This document shows, piece after piece, positions 12,973-27,621 of a stretch of 64,000 nt of DNA. Below the pieces are notes generated by a model. It saw only the letters and a list, made by a program, of their open reading frames with translations, was not told the origin of the DNA and ran no database searches. Within the stretch, counting starts at the first letter, position 1. The number at the start of each line of letters is the position of its first letter. Origin of the DNA: Kudoa neothunni (taxonomy: Eukaryota; Animalia; Cnidaria); assembly GCA_964304625.1 (NCBI GenBank), contig OZ199838.1, forward strand, positions 8,143,550 to 8,207,549. The letters are read 5' to 3'. A program made the translations under genes and the position numbers.

Positions 12973-14104
12973 TCTACTATCTACTATATATATATATAAA
13001 GCTGAAGTGTCCGTGTGTGTCAGCAAGTACGCATGTGCGTCAAAAATTTTCCTTATAGAGAGGCATTTATGAAATTTTTTGAAAATCCTAATGTTTCAAA
13101 AATCTTTCAATCATTTTCACACGATCGAATGTTCCAAGAAGGTTTTAGAAAAGGTGATTTTGTCGATTCAAAGTTTGTTTATGGGATTACTTGAGTTTAA
13201 TAATAAGATTAACATCTGCTTATGACCTGCTGATGGTCGGTTGAAGTTAATTTTCCCCTTTATATGAATTATCAAATTTAAATTAAGCGGTATCGTCTGA
13301 CTTTGAATATAAACTTAGTGTGTAAATTTAGGTGTTCGTACAGATACACTCTATGTCGGGAGTTTTAACGTATTTGACTTGATAAACACACTTTGAAGGT
13401 TATATTAATGGTTTTCGATGTGATAAAAAATCTATATATGTTTCATTAATAGCGAATTAGTTGTGTATGCGATCATCAGATAGATTGAAACTTTAGAATG
13501 AACGTCTTGTGTCTGTAGATTAAGTTGAAATCGTTCGCTATGTTGAACTTTCAGTGATTAAATTCAATGCAGATAGTTGTATTTTTACTTCATCCGATTA
13601 TTCAAATCATTTTTCTTGATATTGACGCGATTTGTATGTGTTTTTGAGAAAGAGCGCACTAAAGTTTATGCCGGGCCAAGGGATATTAATTTGAGTAATA
13701 AAAATCAATTATCGAATATTTTCTTCTATCTCTCTATCTTTTTTTACCTCCCCCAAAAAGCATAGCAAAAACGTTCTGATCCGGGCCAAAAATAACGTTT
13801 TAGATAACACTTTAGGGGAACTTACATAATTCGGGAATGTGAAAAAATACGGCACTGAACATAAATTATTTGGCGTTGATGCCGAGCCACGAAATTTATA
13901 AATGAACGCCAGGCTTGATACTTTCCATCATAGAAATGATCATAATTTAAATTTCGCCAATCCAAATCGTTGAAAGTATGTCACAAATTTTTAGTTATTT
14001 TGCATCTATGGGTTAATTTGAATCTTCAGTATATTTTTTGAATATTATCAAGAAACGTATGTATGCGAAATCTCCTCCAAGCAACGCTAGGTAATTCTCG
14101 CTAG
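12973..14104 (+). mobile_element. Non-autonomous Helitron, diverged relative of family A
   Basis: 5' A|TCTACTA...TATATATAAAG and 3' CCAAGCAACGCTAGG...CTAG|T. Internal blocks are the reverse complement of 5552-6594 and 36519-37696. Confidence 0.8.
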
Positions 14105-14922
14105 TAATTGAATAATTTTCTGTAATGTGCGCAAAACCGGAAGTGACCAATTTTACACACTTTCTTTTCCTGGTCCCGAGGGGATTACGTAAAACCGGTC
14201 ATTGACTGTGCTATGAGTGCTAACTTAGTTGACGGCAGAATGGAAATTGATACAAACATTCGACCAATATTATAACTTTGCGCCATATGTAATTTTATTT
14301 TAATTTAATATTTTATGTTGTAACTTTGATTTTTATTCGATGAAATGATCAAATAATTGTACGGGCTATTAACAAGCGTGAACTCATCAAATAATATATA
14401 CTTGTGCCATATAATCATGTCGCCAACATGCTCCGATTAAGTTAATTTTAATCAAACGTAACATGAAGTTTCAATCTTCGAATATTTATGAACTTTTTGT
14501 ACCTTAATATATAATAGCCTAGCAAATAACTAATAACTCTAGACACTATTTTTCTAATGAAATTTACAATAGCTGTTACTCACAAATCTTGATCACATTG
14601 TTATTGAACATCGTAGTCCAGAGAAAAACTAAAATTTGATTATTTTCAACGTCTGACCTTTGAATATGTTTTGATGTTAGTAAATTGTAATCTAAAAAAT
14701 TGAGCGAATTTAGTTCATTTCACTGTCTATTTTCTTAATTATACGATGAATTTCAGATTTAAAATCAATTGAAATTATGATATTGAATTTTCTTTTAATT
14801 TGGAAGACATAGTCTACCCACCCTCACCGTGCTCACTTCCCTAGTCTGTGCACGCTCGTTGTTAACATTCGCTTATCACATAAAGGGTATGTCCTCCTTT
14901 TTTGGAAGCCATTTTAGACCTC

Positions 14923-17900
14923 ATGGGCTCTGATATTCCCAAGGAAGATGTTGGCATCGCTACTCTATTCATCCAACAGGAAATATGCGAGAATCCTTTA
15001 CCCATTTTGATCTCGTTAATCAGTTTAAAGGTAAGCCACACACACCCTAGCTTTGTTGATTGTTTTGATTATTTCGCTATCATAATCATCATAATAGGTT
15101 GGTAATCTTGATTCAAACCAGCTCTCACTAATCCGCGACACTATTTGGTCTCTCTTACAGAATTCTTCCGCATACGTTAAATGCTTTAAAGAGATACTTT
15201 CCAACAAACCCCCGAACTTTGTATGTTGTTTAATCTTTTCATAATAGCTGATAGATAGCTATGCTAATAAGCGGCAATTTTTACGAGTATTAACAACAGG
15301 CACGCTGTTAACAAATAATGAGTGCAACTTTTTGAATTGTTGATTTGCTTGGGCACCACACCTTAGAGCTACATTAATTCATTTCTCAGGCCCATCTAAT
15401 TATTTAATACCTAGACTGATTACGCCAATATAAAACCATTGATTTTGGATGTTATCGACGAGGAATATATGGACCTAATCAGTCGGCAAGACGATAAAGA
15501 GGAGAGCTACTCTAGGCTTATTTTCTTTTTAACCGAAACCAATATTGTAGACGATTTTCTCAAAAATACTTCCAACTGTCAGTTGATGTTTAAAATCCTG
15601 TCTGACGAATCCAATAGAAAACTGATTAATATAAAGAGTTTTGTTGAGTTTCGAGTAAAAAACAACCCAGAAACATTTATTCCAGCTATATTGGAATTTG
15701 TTAAAAATAAATTGATCAGCCAATTATATGCCCACAGTGATTTATGGTTGTTGCTTCGTAAAGACCCCACCCAACAACACCTCGATAATTTAAACAAACA
15801 CTTCATCGAACACGTCAATAAAAATTCAATAGATTGGGCGAAAAACATTCTTGCCACCCTATTAAAGGCAGGTTCGAAAACCCTATCCGCCCATAAACAG
15901 GTGACAACGAACCTTTTTGATATCATTAATTGCGTACGCATGCCATATATCTTACTTGAATTGACTTCGTTCATTAGTATTCCGACTGGAAAGACGACAA
16001 AATTGTGTTTCCTACTGAAGTTTTAGAACCAAAAATGGAACAAGTACCAGCAGAAGCTGAAGAGAACATTGTCGAAAATTTTGTGGAGCCTATCGTATGT
16101 GATGAGTATTATATGTTTCTTGAGAGCAACATATTCGCTCATGAGTCCGACGAGGTGAATGAAGCAGTTGGAAGGACCGTTGAGAAACTTTCACAACTAC
16201 TTCAAAGCGATTCTAACGAGGAAAAAGTGAGTTTATTCGTTGTTGCCATTATGAAAACATATTACCATTTTGCTTTGGGCTGCTTATTTTAATGTTTTAT
16301 AATATAGGAATTTGCAAATTCGACCATCTCTCGCTGTATGAATAGGGAAATGGTTGATAGAATTATGTACGATCAATTATACGCTGTGGGAAAGCTTTTA
16401 TTGGCTTTTGAGAAAATCAAGTAATTTTCTTAACAACCATCCCTACTTATATTACTCCACATGCTATCATTTCCTGTAAATATTTACCGATTTGAATTCT
16501 TATTAGATGGATAACCTTGGAAAAGTTGTTGGAGTTTTGTTACGATCTCTTCTCCAAACCAGGCCAAATATCATACGCTATTGTTGATGTTATACTATAT
16601 GAGGTGAAGGGACGATTACACGAGCACAAAGATTTATGCTCCAAGTTCACGAGTTGTATCTACTTCGCTGAATTGACCCCCTTGTTGACCGTCTATTTGG
16701 AATTCGCGGCTATTGGTGAGTCAACACATCTCGACATCACTGCATTTGATCCTGTACCAATTTTATATAACAGCCCTGAATGTGTTAAAATTATTGCTCA
16801 AAAAGCCCTCAATTACGGTCCTTCCATCAGTGAACTTAATCAGTTTTGCAATGTTGATATTGGACGGGTGATTGTTCATGTGAATGATTGCAATATGAAA
16901 ACCCAGTTGTTGATTGCTGATCGTATGCGAGTTGAAGAACTACCAAACGACGTCAAGAATGATGTCAGATTCATTCTGAATAGCTCAACTATGATAAACA
17001 TACAACAGAAATCTCAAGAAATAGCAAATCGTGTGCAGTTCCATCATTACACTGCCCTCAGCAATTTTCTAGTGTCTGCAATCTCGTCGGGATCAGTTAA
17101 CGTTGATGTTGTGTCGAGTATTTGGTTGCGACTTGAGCTGTCAATTTTCTACCCCACCTTTATTTCGGACTTTTGTCACTTGGTCAAAAAATCCTTTTTC
17201 CTTTGTTGCGAAAGACCGGAAAGTACCCAAACATTTTTTATTCTTGGGAATGTACTCGGTGAAATAACGCTTAATCGTAATGTGCCCATTGCTGACAGCA
17301 ACATCGACCTTAAGTATCTGCTCATAGAAGCTTATTTCAAAAGAACCACCTTGCATCATGCTTTGGTATTTGTTAGTCGAACTCTCATTCGTGCCAAACA
17401 AAGCCAGTTTTTCCGCACCTTTAACTATTATGTTCTTCAGTTGTTATCGCTCATGAAAGAGATCTACATTAGGCTCTCAGTTGTCGGACAAACTCAAATT
17501 CCTCTAGAAATTGAACAAACCTTCAACGAACTAAGCCTTGATATCAAAGCAGTACGTCCTTCCTCCTATCTCAGTCATCCTGCCTACATTACAATTTTGC
17601 CACTTGTGTTCCAATGGAGCGATATGGAAGCTCTTCAATTGTTGCATGATTATATACATCTTACTGGGTTCAACCATGTGGTCACTCCCAGCGTGTACCA
17701 GTGTATCAAGTATCGTGATATCGAGCATGTTGACGTGTCACGAATGTTGGCTTTTTTTAATATCTCTTTCAATTCGGCCGCCCCTAGAGCACTATCTGCC
17801 AAGGTTGCTATCCATTTTGCCATTGAAAGAACCTACAACGAATACGCTAGATCGGTTAGTGAGAGAGTAAGTAGAGGCTGTCTTTCTCTTTGTGAAACAA

Positions 17901-20139
17901 TCATCCTTAAAGACTTTCCTCAAGACAAATATGACGATATGATGCGTAGGTCGGTGATAGATATGGCCAGAAGTATTGCTACTTCCTACTCATACACAAC
18001 CCTTCACGGAAATCTCTATCCCAACCTTTATAAATCCTTCAGGCAGAACATCCACGAGATTCTCGCCTCTACTTCACACCAAAATGCCAATTCTTCTGTT
18101 TATGATGTGGCTGAGTGCTCAGATAGTTTGGCTGCCGATAACATCGATCTTCTGATCAATTTAATTCAAAAGTTTTGTGGAGAAAAACTATTGGCTGAGT
18201 TGGTTAGGAGAATTTCAGTTATTCTGGAATCTCGATGCAATTGTGCGCCGGTGGAGAAATCTATGCGACTTGCTGCCTACGGTGATACTCAGAAACATTT
18301 ACCTGCGAAATTAAAAGTCAATTTTTCGTCACTGTCAATAGAACACAAGGCTTGCTACACCAAATTTGTCAACTACCAACCTGGATTCATGCCAGATATT
18401 TGCACGATGGATCATTTGTTAGAGTCTGTTGTTGTCGTGAGTAACGACAAAAGAGACCAATTAGAACTTATATCCATCAACTTGGAACAACTCATTGAAG
18501 CCCTCAAATCTAGTATCAACCCTCCTACTGATGAACACTTGGTGGTCGAACTCTCAACGCTCAAAGAGATGATTAAGTATCTTCTCGAATCTCGATTGGG
18601 TCGTGTCATTGTTGCTATTATTAAACACTTGATCATGACCAATTTCTACCTGTTTGGTATCTGTCTCAACTCTCAAGTGGCGATTCCTCTTCGTGTGATT
18701 GTTTATTTCCGTGAGATACTCGACGTCTTCAGATATTGGGAGGGAATTGGTCCGTATCGTCTCGCAAAATTTGTCACTAGAGTTGTTATGGAAGTGCCAC
18801 AGACGTTGCAGTTCTCCAATGAAACTGTTTTTCACCTGGTGCGAAACTATTTGATTATTGTTCCTGATTACGACATATTCCTTGCCAAATGCATCGATAA
18901 CGCTAAAAATGGCAGTGCATTAAAGTTTGCAATGCTTTTCTGCAAAACCTTTCTTATCACTGAAAAGCAGTACAACATAACCAACGACCACCTCAAATTA
19001 ACTCTCTCCACACTGCAATATTTAACTACTGTCAAAAACGATACCACGGTACTCAACTTGGAGGAACACCTCAAGCCGCCATTCAATTTCCCCACAAAAA
19101 CCATGGATCCTTCAATTATTTTACCAGGGATCGATTTTCAGAGTTTTTCTAGCCAACTCGAAAATATTAAAACTGTGATTGAACGGGATTCGTACATGGA
19201 TAACCTTTTTGTCACTTGGTTGACTCACTATTATGACGATCCTATTAGACTGTTAGATCCAAATTATATTTCTGCAGTCAGGAGGGCATTCGAACATGCC
19301 GGCTTCAAACCGAACACCGAGTACTGGAAAGAGTTCACCAAATGCACTCTCAAATATGGTTTCAAAGAGTGTCTCAAAGAGGAAGCAGATAACAAATTTG
19401 TTTGTAAGGTTTGCGACTCTATGGCAGGCTTTTGTAGTCTACTGGTGAAATCATTGTATGAATTTACTAATATTGGAAATGTTGCCGCCATAACTCATCT
19501 TTTTGTCGAAATTGGCAACTGTTTAATGTTTATAATTGATTGTTGTTCTGACGTAACGAAGATCAGCATTGTTCGACGATTCCTTTCCAATTTCTGTGTT
19601 GAATTGAGGAGACCATTTTTGAATGAGGAAGGAGAGTTCACCAAGGAAAGACTTAAAGAAGTGAAGAATTCACCTTTGCATCCAATCAGCATCAACAATT
19701 CGGAACCAAATTCTACCACTGACAATCAAGCTACTAAAAATCTCCAACAAAAAGATACTAAAACCACGGTTGATGATAATTGTGTAAAGATTAAATCATC
19801 TTCGATGCATGGGCTACTTCAGTTAATGTACTCGTTCGCAAGTCTTCTTCATGGTATTCGACCAACCAGATTTCCAAAGTTTGCTGCGCACTGGCAAAAA
19901 GTTGTAATTAGTTCCAATGTTATACCCACACTCATTACTGGTGGTATCGACAAATCTGTAATGACTTTTTTGTGTAGTGCATAGTTTACAGTTCCATTTA
20001 GGGCTGGTTGATTTGCAACAACATCATAGTTGATGCTCTCTTGTTTCTTGGTGCTATTATTCGACAAGGTGTTTTAGCTCCGCATAGAGTCCGATATTTT
20101 GAGGTATGTCTATTCAAACATTCTTCATATTCTATATTT

Positions 20140-20170
<31 letters not shown>

Positions 20171-21125
20171 GGAATCTCTGGGTCTCTTTCACAGTTTGAA
20201 AGAAGATTTCCCTCAGGTGATATCGCAATATGCGTTGATGTATGTAGAATTGTTACCTATCAATGCCATTCAAATGCGCAACGCTTTCCTTTGTGCTTCT
20301 CCAGTCAGGGCCAATTTAATGCCTAATCCATTTAAACACAGGCTGCTGGTACAAATACACTCCCACCTAACGAAAACGTCTATTTATTTGATTTTAGGAA
20401 ATTACGGAGTATGAATTGCATAAGCCTGAAGTTGTTTACGACGCATTGATTTGTTTCGAAACTAAGCCTTTCCGTGATGAATTACTGAAATACTTTATCT
20501 CTGGTGCAGATGATAAAGTTTTGGACAGATTGTTTGATCTACTCACCAAAAGCACTCATAACAATGGCAAGGACTTTTACCTTAATACGGTGGCGCTTAA
20601 TAGCGTTATCTTTTTATGTGCTTATTTTGGTTCACGAAACGACAGCAACGAAGCATTGACACGTGAAAATTTACCAACTGTTGAATCTGTCCAAGAAGGA
20701 ATTCCATTTTATCTTATTATGTACTTGCTTTCGGCTTTCGATCCGAGAGGCCAATATTCGGTTATTTGTGCCATGGCAAATCACCTTCGATATCCAAATG
20801 CCCATACCCACTTTTTCAAGTGCGTTTTTATTGCTATTGCTGCATGTTTGTCCGACGATAAAGATGATGATGATTCCGATAACATTGTGCTACAGCTCAT
20901 TATCCGAACCCTCACTGAAAGACTACTTCCAAAACCGCCCCATCCTTGGGGAATCATTTCCACACTTGCAGAACTTCTTATCGATCCAAACATCGATTTA
21001 ATTTCGAAAAGCTTTGTAACAGAAAACAAGGATATTTTTGCGTATTTCCCCTTTTCTCTAACATCATAATGTTCATTCTGTTATTTAGACTTTTGAATGG
21101 TATCCGCGAAAAAGCTCTTGAGTGA
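14923..21125 (+). CDS. CNOT1: CCR4-NOT transcription complex subunit 1 (multi-exon)
   Basis: CAF1-binding MIF4G region (VKNDVRFILN, LGNVLGEITLNRNVPI, DLKYLLIEAY). Not1 C-terminal motifs ANHLRYPNAHTHFF and ERLLPKPPHPWGII. Short GT-AG introns. The last exon ends ...IREKALE* at 21125. The start codon is uncertain. Confidence 0.92.
20143..20170. repeat. (TA)n microsatellite in a CNOT1 intron
   Basis: Uninterrupted TA run just before the acceptor AG. Confidence 0.9.
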
Positions 21126-21870
21126 TTACTAGCTTTTGTATAGATCGGTCAGATATGGCTGCTACAGTCACTGGAGTTAGTCTTTGATTGAATTTTTTCT
21201 GTAAATTATTCATCGTTTTTCTGTGAAAATATCCTGTATTGTCTCTCTGAGCGCACATAATATCCTTGTTCTGGAACTTGCTGCACGTTTTCTCACTTAA
21301 TTGCCCAACAATAGTGAGCAAACGTTTTGTTTTTATCGTCCGTTGTGTTTTATAATGAGTGGCGGGGAGATAGACTTATTAAGAATGAAGGATCTCACTT
21401 TAAAATATACATATGGAAATTAGATTATAAGGAAATCAATCGTATATAAAACAACTATTTTTTTATTAAACTTGTCCATATTTTTTATGATTATTTTTGA
21501 GTTTTATGATAGTTCTGTACGCTAGCCTCACACCTCACACATTAATTAATATGAGAGCTCTACAATATTGAAAATTATAATTTTTTCCGTGTGATTTACA
21601 TTTAATAACGATACGTATGAAACATGTTTAACTGGTACCTAGGAAGTCACATCTATTACGTATAAATGTTTCTGTACTCATCGTAGTTTTTTTTTTCATT
21701 TTATTGCTGTCTAATTTAAACCTCTTTTATCTTTTATGGAGGAAATAACCTGAAAAAAGTTGAGTTAATAGGCCAATGATTTTTTAATAGGTTTACTTTA
21801 AAAATTGTTTTAAGCGCTTTTTAGTGTTTATAATCTTAGGTGAATGATTTTAAAGAAAAATTTATCTTAA

Positions 21871-23774
21871 CCTCCCGAATGTTTTTGGGGTCTAATAGAA
21901 CCCAAGCCATATTAAAGATTCGTTTTTGACTCCTTCCAATCATCTAAATTTTCTAAAACTGGGTCTATTCTTATACAATTTCTTACACTGTATGCCTGCC
22001 AAATAAGTTCGAACCATCATTAATGAACGAAAAATAAAATAAAAATTATACATTTGGTGCTTTTGGGGTCTAATAGACCCCACAATTTTATTTTATCATT
22101 TTATGTATAAAATTATAATAAAATGGAACTGAGAATATTAGCAAAATCTATGGACGAAATGAAGAGAAAAATGAGATATACTTTCCTGCGAGTTTATACG
22201 ATTATACACGAACCGCGCTTATTGCGGAAATTTGTCTTCGTGAAGGCCTTTAACGAAATATATTCCGCCAATTATAATTTCGACGTCAGTAAAATCATCG
22301 ATTCCTCCGATTTTATTGATTCTGCCACTGATTTAGCTGAATATGATGACAATAACCTTATCTGGGCTGCAGAAGCTCTAAAAACCTCCTAAATACTAAA
22401 AGAAATCTTTTTAAGTAAGGCCTCTGGCCTTAAGAATGTTGCACCTCAGAGAATCTTTCATAGAACGGATTTTTGACATATTTTTGTATGGCAATTTTTT
22501 CAGAAATGTTGCGTGTAATGTCAATATGTTTGACATCCATTATTATAATCTTATAATCATTGCTGCAAAGAGCTTTCAGCTATTGAAAATGGTTCTTACC
22601 ATGGTTAGAATACTTAGAGCTAATAAATGGAATGTTTCGTGTATAATGAAAAGAAAATTCTGCCCTCTTAAATGACTAAAATAATAAAGATTTGTCAATT
22701 TAAGCCAATTCAACAGCTTATACAAATATACTGAATAATGGAGAAAATAAGCCAAGTAGCATCAATTATTATAACAAAATTAGATGAGCAATTATTATGA
22801 TTGATCATACTTTCACTTCCACCAACTTACAAAAATATTACATACGCAGGCTAGGAGTTATTTTATATAATATCGACATAAATCTCTTAAACGCGTTTTG
22901 TTTATACAAAGTCATATTCAATGATGGAAAAATCAAAAGAGCCTAATTTTTAGAGAATCTCGCAAGCACGTTCCGTTCCTTCAGCAGTTCCTTGGCGCTA
23001 AATTTGTAACTAAATTAAGAGCAGGAAATCCAAATAACACCAGTATTGTTCCAAAAAATTCCGTAAACAATGTGCTGTAAGCCCAAGAATCAATTATCGT
23101 AAGACAATGCATATGTGTTGTATGTAAGAAACATTGCTGCGAAGAACATTCCGAACGTGTTTGTTTTAACAGTTCATTGGGCACAAATAAATGTCTGGAT
23201 TACCTTATAATTTTCATATTTTTGCTGAATGAGATCTCTATTCTGACGTGCATAATAAATTGTTAATTAGAGACAGAGCATCGATTTTATTGTAGATCTC
23301 ATATATATAACGATACTACCATTCTCTCAAACTCACAGATAATAATAGGGATGGTCACAGAAAGCAATGTTTAACTTATACACTGATACATGCGTTTAAG
23401 TTGAACGTTGGAGACCTTTTTAGTCCATTTTGTTGATAACTATTTTGCTGTGCCTTAAAGTTTTAATCTAATCAATTATATATGAGATAATTTATAGCGC
23501 ATTATTTAAAATATTTTTGATAGTTCTTCTTAGATAATATTTCGTAAAAATTAGTTTAATAAGAATATATTCCTTAACACTATTCGCATGGTATCGGAAA
23601 ACTTCGCCAGTCATGTTTTGTGCCAATATTGTGCGATTTTGTGGATAGAATTTTTTTATTTTAGCGTATTATAGTTCTAAAAATTATTTAAATTCATAAT
23701 ATTAAATAATAAAGTGGGGTCTAATAAACCCCCGAATCATTAAGTGTACAGTCGATTTTGAAGCGCCTGAAAGG
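21871..23774 (+). mobile_element. Old, internally deleted piggyBac element
   Basis: TTAA at 21867-70 and 23775-78, CC...GG termini, subterminal GGGGTCTAATAGACCCC palindromes, and a residual Cys-rich C-terminus (CVVCKKHCCEEH) near 23110-23165. Confidence 0.7.
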
Positions 23775-23788
23775 TTAAATTATTTGAA

Positions 23789-26476
23789 CCCTCGAATACC
23801 TGGCAAAAAAAGTTACGCGAATGCCTGAAGAGGACCGCTGTGGTCCTATGCAATTTAATCGTAGCATAATTATATTTGAAATTATATGACTATAAAGATA
23901 AATAAAACAATAGAACAGCTTGGTTTTAATTTAAAAGAAGAGAAAAAAATCTAAAACATTAAAATCAAATTTTGTTAGGCGCGCGCATTAAAAAAATAAG
24001 ATTTGCAAATATAAACTTACATAAAATCGATATCGTATAAAAGAAACAAAATAACATTAGTTCATATAATGTTTGTATTTAAGATAAATTTATGACTTTC
24101 AAAATTTTTATTTTATGATTGTAATTAGCGGTTTAATTTAGATGGTGTTTTGATTTATTGGCAAAAAACCATTATAATAAAGATATAATCAATAAATTAT
24201 TTGTTTATAACTACAAATGATAATTTGACATAAAAAATACAAAATAATTTAATATTTTACAACATTAAACTGAATTACGTGCCCAATCTATCTATACCAT
24301 CTCATTATAATAACATTAATTCTAATCGTTTTGTCTAAAATCTAAATAGGTAAATTACACAAATATGATATATTTTGTAGATATAATCAAATTTAATAAA
24401 AAAATTTAAGCGCATATAAAAATATGGCGAAATAAAGTAGATAAATAATACAATATATTTTATGTTTTGTTACATAAATCGCATTCTATATTTTCAATTC
24501 GGTGATTTTTGCAGACAAATTTGTTGAATTTGAGCAAATTCTCCTGCTTTTCTTCTTGTTTATTAAGCAAACATGGCATGTATCTCTTCCAGAAGGAGAT
24601 TCCCTCCTTTTTATTGGGATGGTTTCAAAATTGATATCATCGTTTCCTAGCAATTCTTCCGTTAACATTTTTAAAAACTCTCTTCGGGATTGTTTTTTAT
24701 GGGCATTTTTGAATTTCGGATTTCGATAAACATACAAGAGATATGCATTGTAGGCGGATATATCGATGATATTAAAGAAAATCGCCATCGGCCAACGACG
24801 AGTGGTTCTTTTGGTGGAATAGCAGCGGACAATTTGGTCAAGCGTATCAACCCCTCCTTTGGTTTGGTTGTAATAATTTACGATCTCTGGTTTTTTCGAC
24901 TCAGGATCAATATCACAATCTCGATGCGTGGAGCTTAAAAGTACCACAGATTTATTTTTCTTGGGATTGTATTTTACCAATTAAATTTATCCTGAAATAA
25001 AAATCTCACATCGTTTGGTATTCCCTTTGATGATTGAAATTCAGGGATGAGAAATTTTTTATTTTTACGGACAGTCCCTACAATTGTTGTTTTATGAGAC
25101 ATTAAATATCTCGCAACTGATAATGTAGTAAAAAAATTATCCGTGGTAACATTACGACCTTTTTTTAAATAAGGTGTAACTAAATCCTTTACCACATTTT
25201 CACCTTGGTTGGTTTCAACAACACCGTTCTCTATGCCAATATATATCTTTGCATTGCATAGATATGCGTTTGTTGCATCACACAACGCCCATATTTTTAT
25301 CCCATACTTTCCAGGCTTAGAAGGAATCAACATATTGAAGGGACAACGACCTCTGAATGTGACAAGCTGTTCATCCACAGTCAATTGGGAAGATGGGTTG
25401 TAACTTTCTTTACACGTCTTTATAAACTCATAAAATATATATTTGATGGGGGCAAGTTTATCCTCTCTATCCCTGGTTCTTCTCTTGTCGAATCTGAGAC
25501 AAGTTGCAAAATCTTCAAAGCGATTTCTTGTAATTTTTGAAATTAGTGATTGAAGGCCATATTTTTCAGTCCAAAATTCTCGGATGTTTTCATCTTTGCC
25601 TTTCATTACGCCAATTAATAAAATAGCTCCCAAAAAAACTTTCAACTCGACCATATTTATCTTTTTGATATTTGTTTTTTCTTGTTCAATAAATTTTTTG
25701 GTACAATATTGGATCTTTCCAACATTTTATTGGTCAAAAAATTATTAATAGTCCTCATGGGAGTTTGGCCATTCCGGAAAGCTTTATTTGTAAATGCCGC
25801 TTTTACATTATAAATATCTTCCATTGTAGCCCCTCTTTCGTCCCTAGTTGGAGTTTTATACCATTATTCTCCATCTTTGGAGACAACAAAAGGGACATGG
25901 GTCATATCTTCAATGCTCGCGTCACTATCGTAAGCATCATCATCGTCGTCATTGTTGACTGGCTCATTAATTATTTCATCCAAGTCCTCCGAACCACTTT
26001 CAATGTATAGTGTATCGTCAGCACTTTCACAATCGTCCTCAAAAAAAATATGTTCTCCGTCAGAATTCATTTTTTAAGCAAATGTCTTGTTGAGCGCGCA
26101 AGCTTGTCATAAATAAATTCAATTTATATTTTCGATTAAACATATAATTAGCCATAAATAGTTTTAGAATATTTTAAATTGCTTATCAAATATAATATTA
26201 AATTTGGAATGATGTAATTATAGTACAAAATATTAATTTCGTTAACAATTACACGTGGACCGGAATGGCCCATCTCAGGTGTTTACGTAACTTTTTTTGT
26301 TTACTTATTTTTACAAACATTCTCAAAACTCACAGCTCTATTATTTTAAAATATAATAAAGCATAATTACAGCATAAAATAGGAATACGTAAAAAAGTTT
26401 AAAAAAATGTATGCAAAAAGATATTAAAAATTTTATCTCTCGTGGACCAGCGTGGTCCAACCCAGGTATTCGAGGG
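23789..26476 (-). mobile_element. Full-length piggyBac transposon, transposase pseudogene 26070-24486
   Basis: Perfect 15-bp TIR CCCTCGAATACCTGG. Flanks are TGAA (left) and TTAA (right). DDD motifs TVDEQL, TTDNFF and GGVDTLDQ are present. One in-frame stop and two frameshifts. Confidence 0.93.
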
Positions 26477-27621
26477 TTAATATAAAGCAATATGGTGAAT
26501 TACCTACAATAGCCGTTAGCTTCCCTAAGCAAGTCATACTCGGTTATAGGATTGGTCTATACGGGAAGAACGAATTTATTATATGAATAAGAACACAACA
26601 AATAAACTTAAATACAGTAAAGCAGCTGATTTTGCACAATTTCTTCTGGACCGTGACAAAGTGTGGAAAATCGATTGCAACCAATTTTATTCGATTTCCC
26701 GCGCGTACACATAATTAATATCCCATTTTGGGGATGTTTTTTACATTTTAGTCATTTTTATCGATAAAATACAAATGAATAAAAATTCTATAACAAGAAA
26801 AATAGGTGACTCTTAATGTCCATTTTTGAAAAAATCTGTTATATTGGATTGTGTCATATTCTGGCCCACTATAACATATACACGTCAATTTCCAAGTCTA
26901 ACTATAATATAAAACGATATAAACTTTTTTAAATTAACGAGGAAATTTTATCCTTTTTTAGGAAGGTCATTTAAGGTGACTATATTTGGTATGTCAAAAT
27001 GTTTCACAGTAGCCGTCTTGAAATTTTTTATAATTTAATTTTATTCTTCTTATGTTCTCATTTTTTTAACTTTTCTTGAGGTCATTATTTCTAATTTTTC
27101 CGGGAATAATGATACATTGATCAACAGATGGCACGAAAAAAATGTGCAAAATTTGCAAAATCTGTGTGTCACGTGATTTGTGTGTAAATTTTGCATCATT
27201 TATTGCCAATTATTTAGACTAAAATTATCAATAGGTTGAATATATATATATATATATTGATTTTATAAACGTTAGGAACATTTACGATTATAATCAAGCA
27301 ACTTTACAAAAACGTGCTAGATCGGTTCCCTTTTTGTATAAATTTATTGTAAACATATTCAATTTTTCATTAATAATAGATGGCCAGAATAAATTTCATT
27401 CCTGGTGATTATTCACAATTATAAACTTTTTTAGGAAATTTATATCAGTTATTTACAAATTTTCCAATTAATAATCACACTTTAAATACAGTTTAGAAGA
27501 CAATTTATCGAATAACGCTCAATAATTGCCTCTAATAATATCATTTTAGCTGAACAAATTCATAATATTAAAAATAATTATATTTCTTTAATTAATATAA
27601 AGTGTAAATGCGAAAATACTA

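Noticed and set aside
14887-14925. Acceptor-like AG just before start codons (CNOT1, ANAPC10, gene at 2000) as evidence of trans-splicing
   Set aside because: Plausible cis donors lie 30-50 nt upstream for CNOT1 and ANAPC10, so ordinary introns explain them.
15529-21029. Many antisense and alternate-frame ORFs over CNOT1 (likewise over gag/pol and the transposases)
   Set aside because: Shadow ORFs of real coding sequence, with no recognisable motifs.
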